DNA of 64,000 nucleotides from an uncultured delta proteobacterium (GTDB lineage Bacteria; Myxococcota; Myxococcia; Myxococcales; Myxococcaceae): NCBI GenBank assembly GCA_963771175.1, contig CAVYSY010000032.1, positions 637,766 to 701,765 of the forward strand, read 5' to 3'. Shown piece by piece: positions 63,986 to 64,000 of this stretch (position 1 is its first letter; each line of letters starts with the position of its first letter). The notes under the pieces were generated by a model. It saw only the letters and a program-made list of their open reading frames with translations, ran no database searches and was not told where the DNA came from. The position numbers and the translations under genes were made by a program.

Positions 63986-64000
63986 AGGTTGGCCGGGAGC

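Overview
High-GC myxobacterial DNA (Archangium/Cystobacter-like by gene content: Ser/Thr kinases, sigma54 enhancer-binding proteins, DAG-linker lipoproteins), with about 50 genes and no rRNA, tRNA, CRISPR or recognisable mobile element. At least nine genes carry single-base frameshifts, most likely assembly errors. Main content: an HD phosphohydrolase divergent from an ATP-grasp/GNAT/transglutaminase operon; a two-component system beside a sigma54-driven SulP/carbonic anhydrase operon; a Thg1-like polymerase with a P-loop kinase; hybrid histidine kinases; a complete Sox thiosulfate-oxidation cluster (soxCDYZ-dsrE-AXB plus an MBL-fold gene); and a chaperone-like/EEP phosphodiesterase/Lnt-like operon. 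The strongest candidate for an undescribed system is 37.5-46.7 kb. There a tandem dual Ser/Thr kinase-TM-TPR receptor and an FHA-GAF sigma54 activator lie with two transcription units of unknown function. Each unit is preceded by a -24/-12 promoter and an identically spaced shared upstream motif (CAAACCGTCGRGCGA-N8-AACCGWTCGGTT). All calls come from visual motif recognition; no database searches were run.
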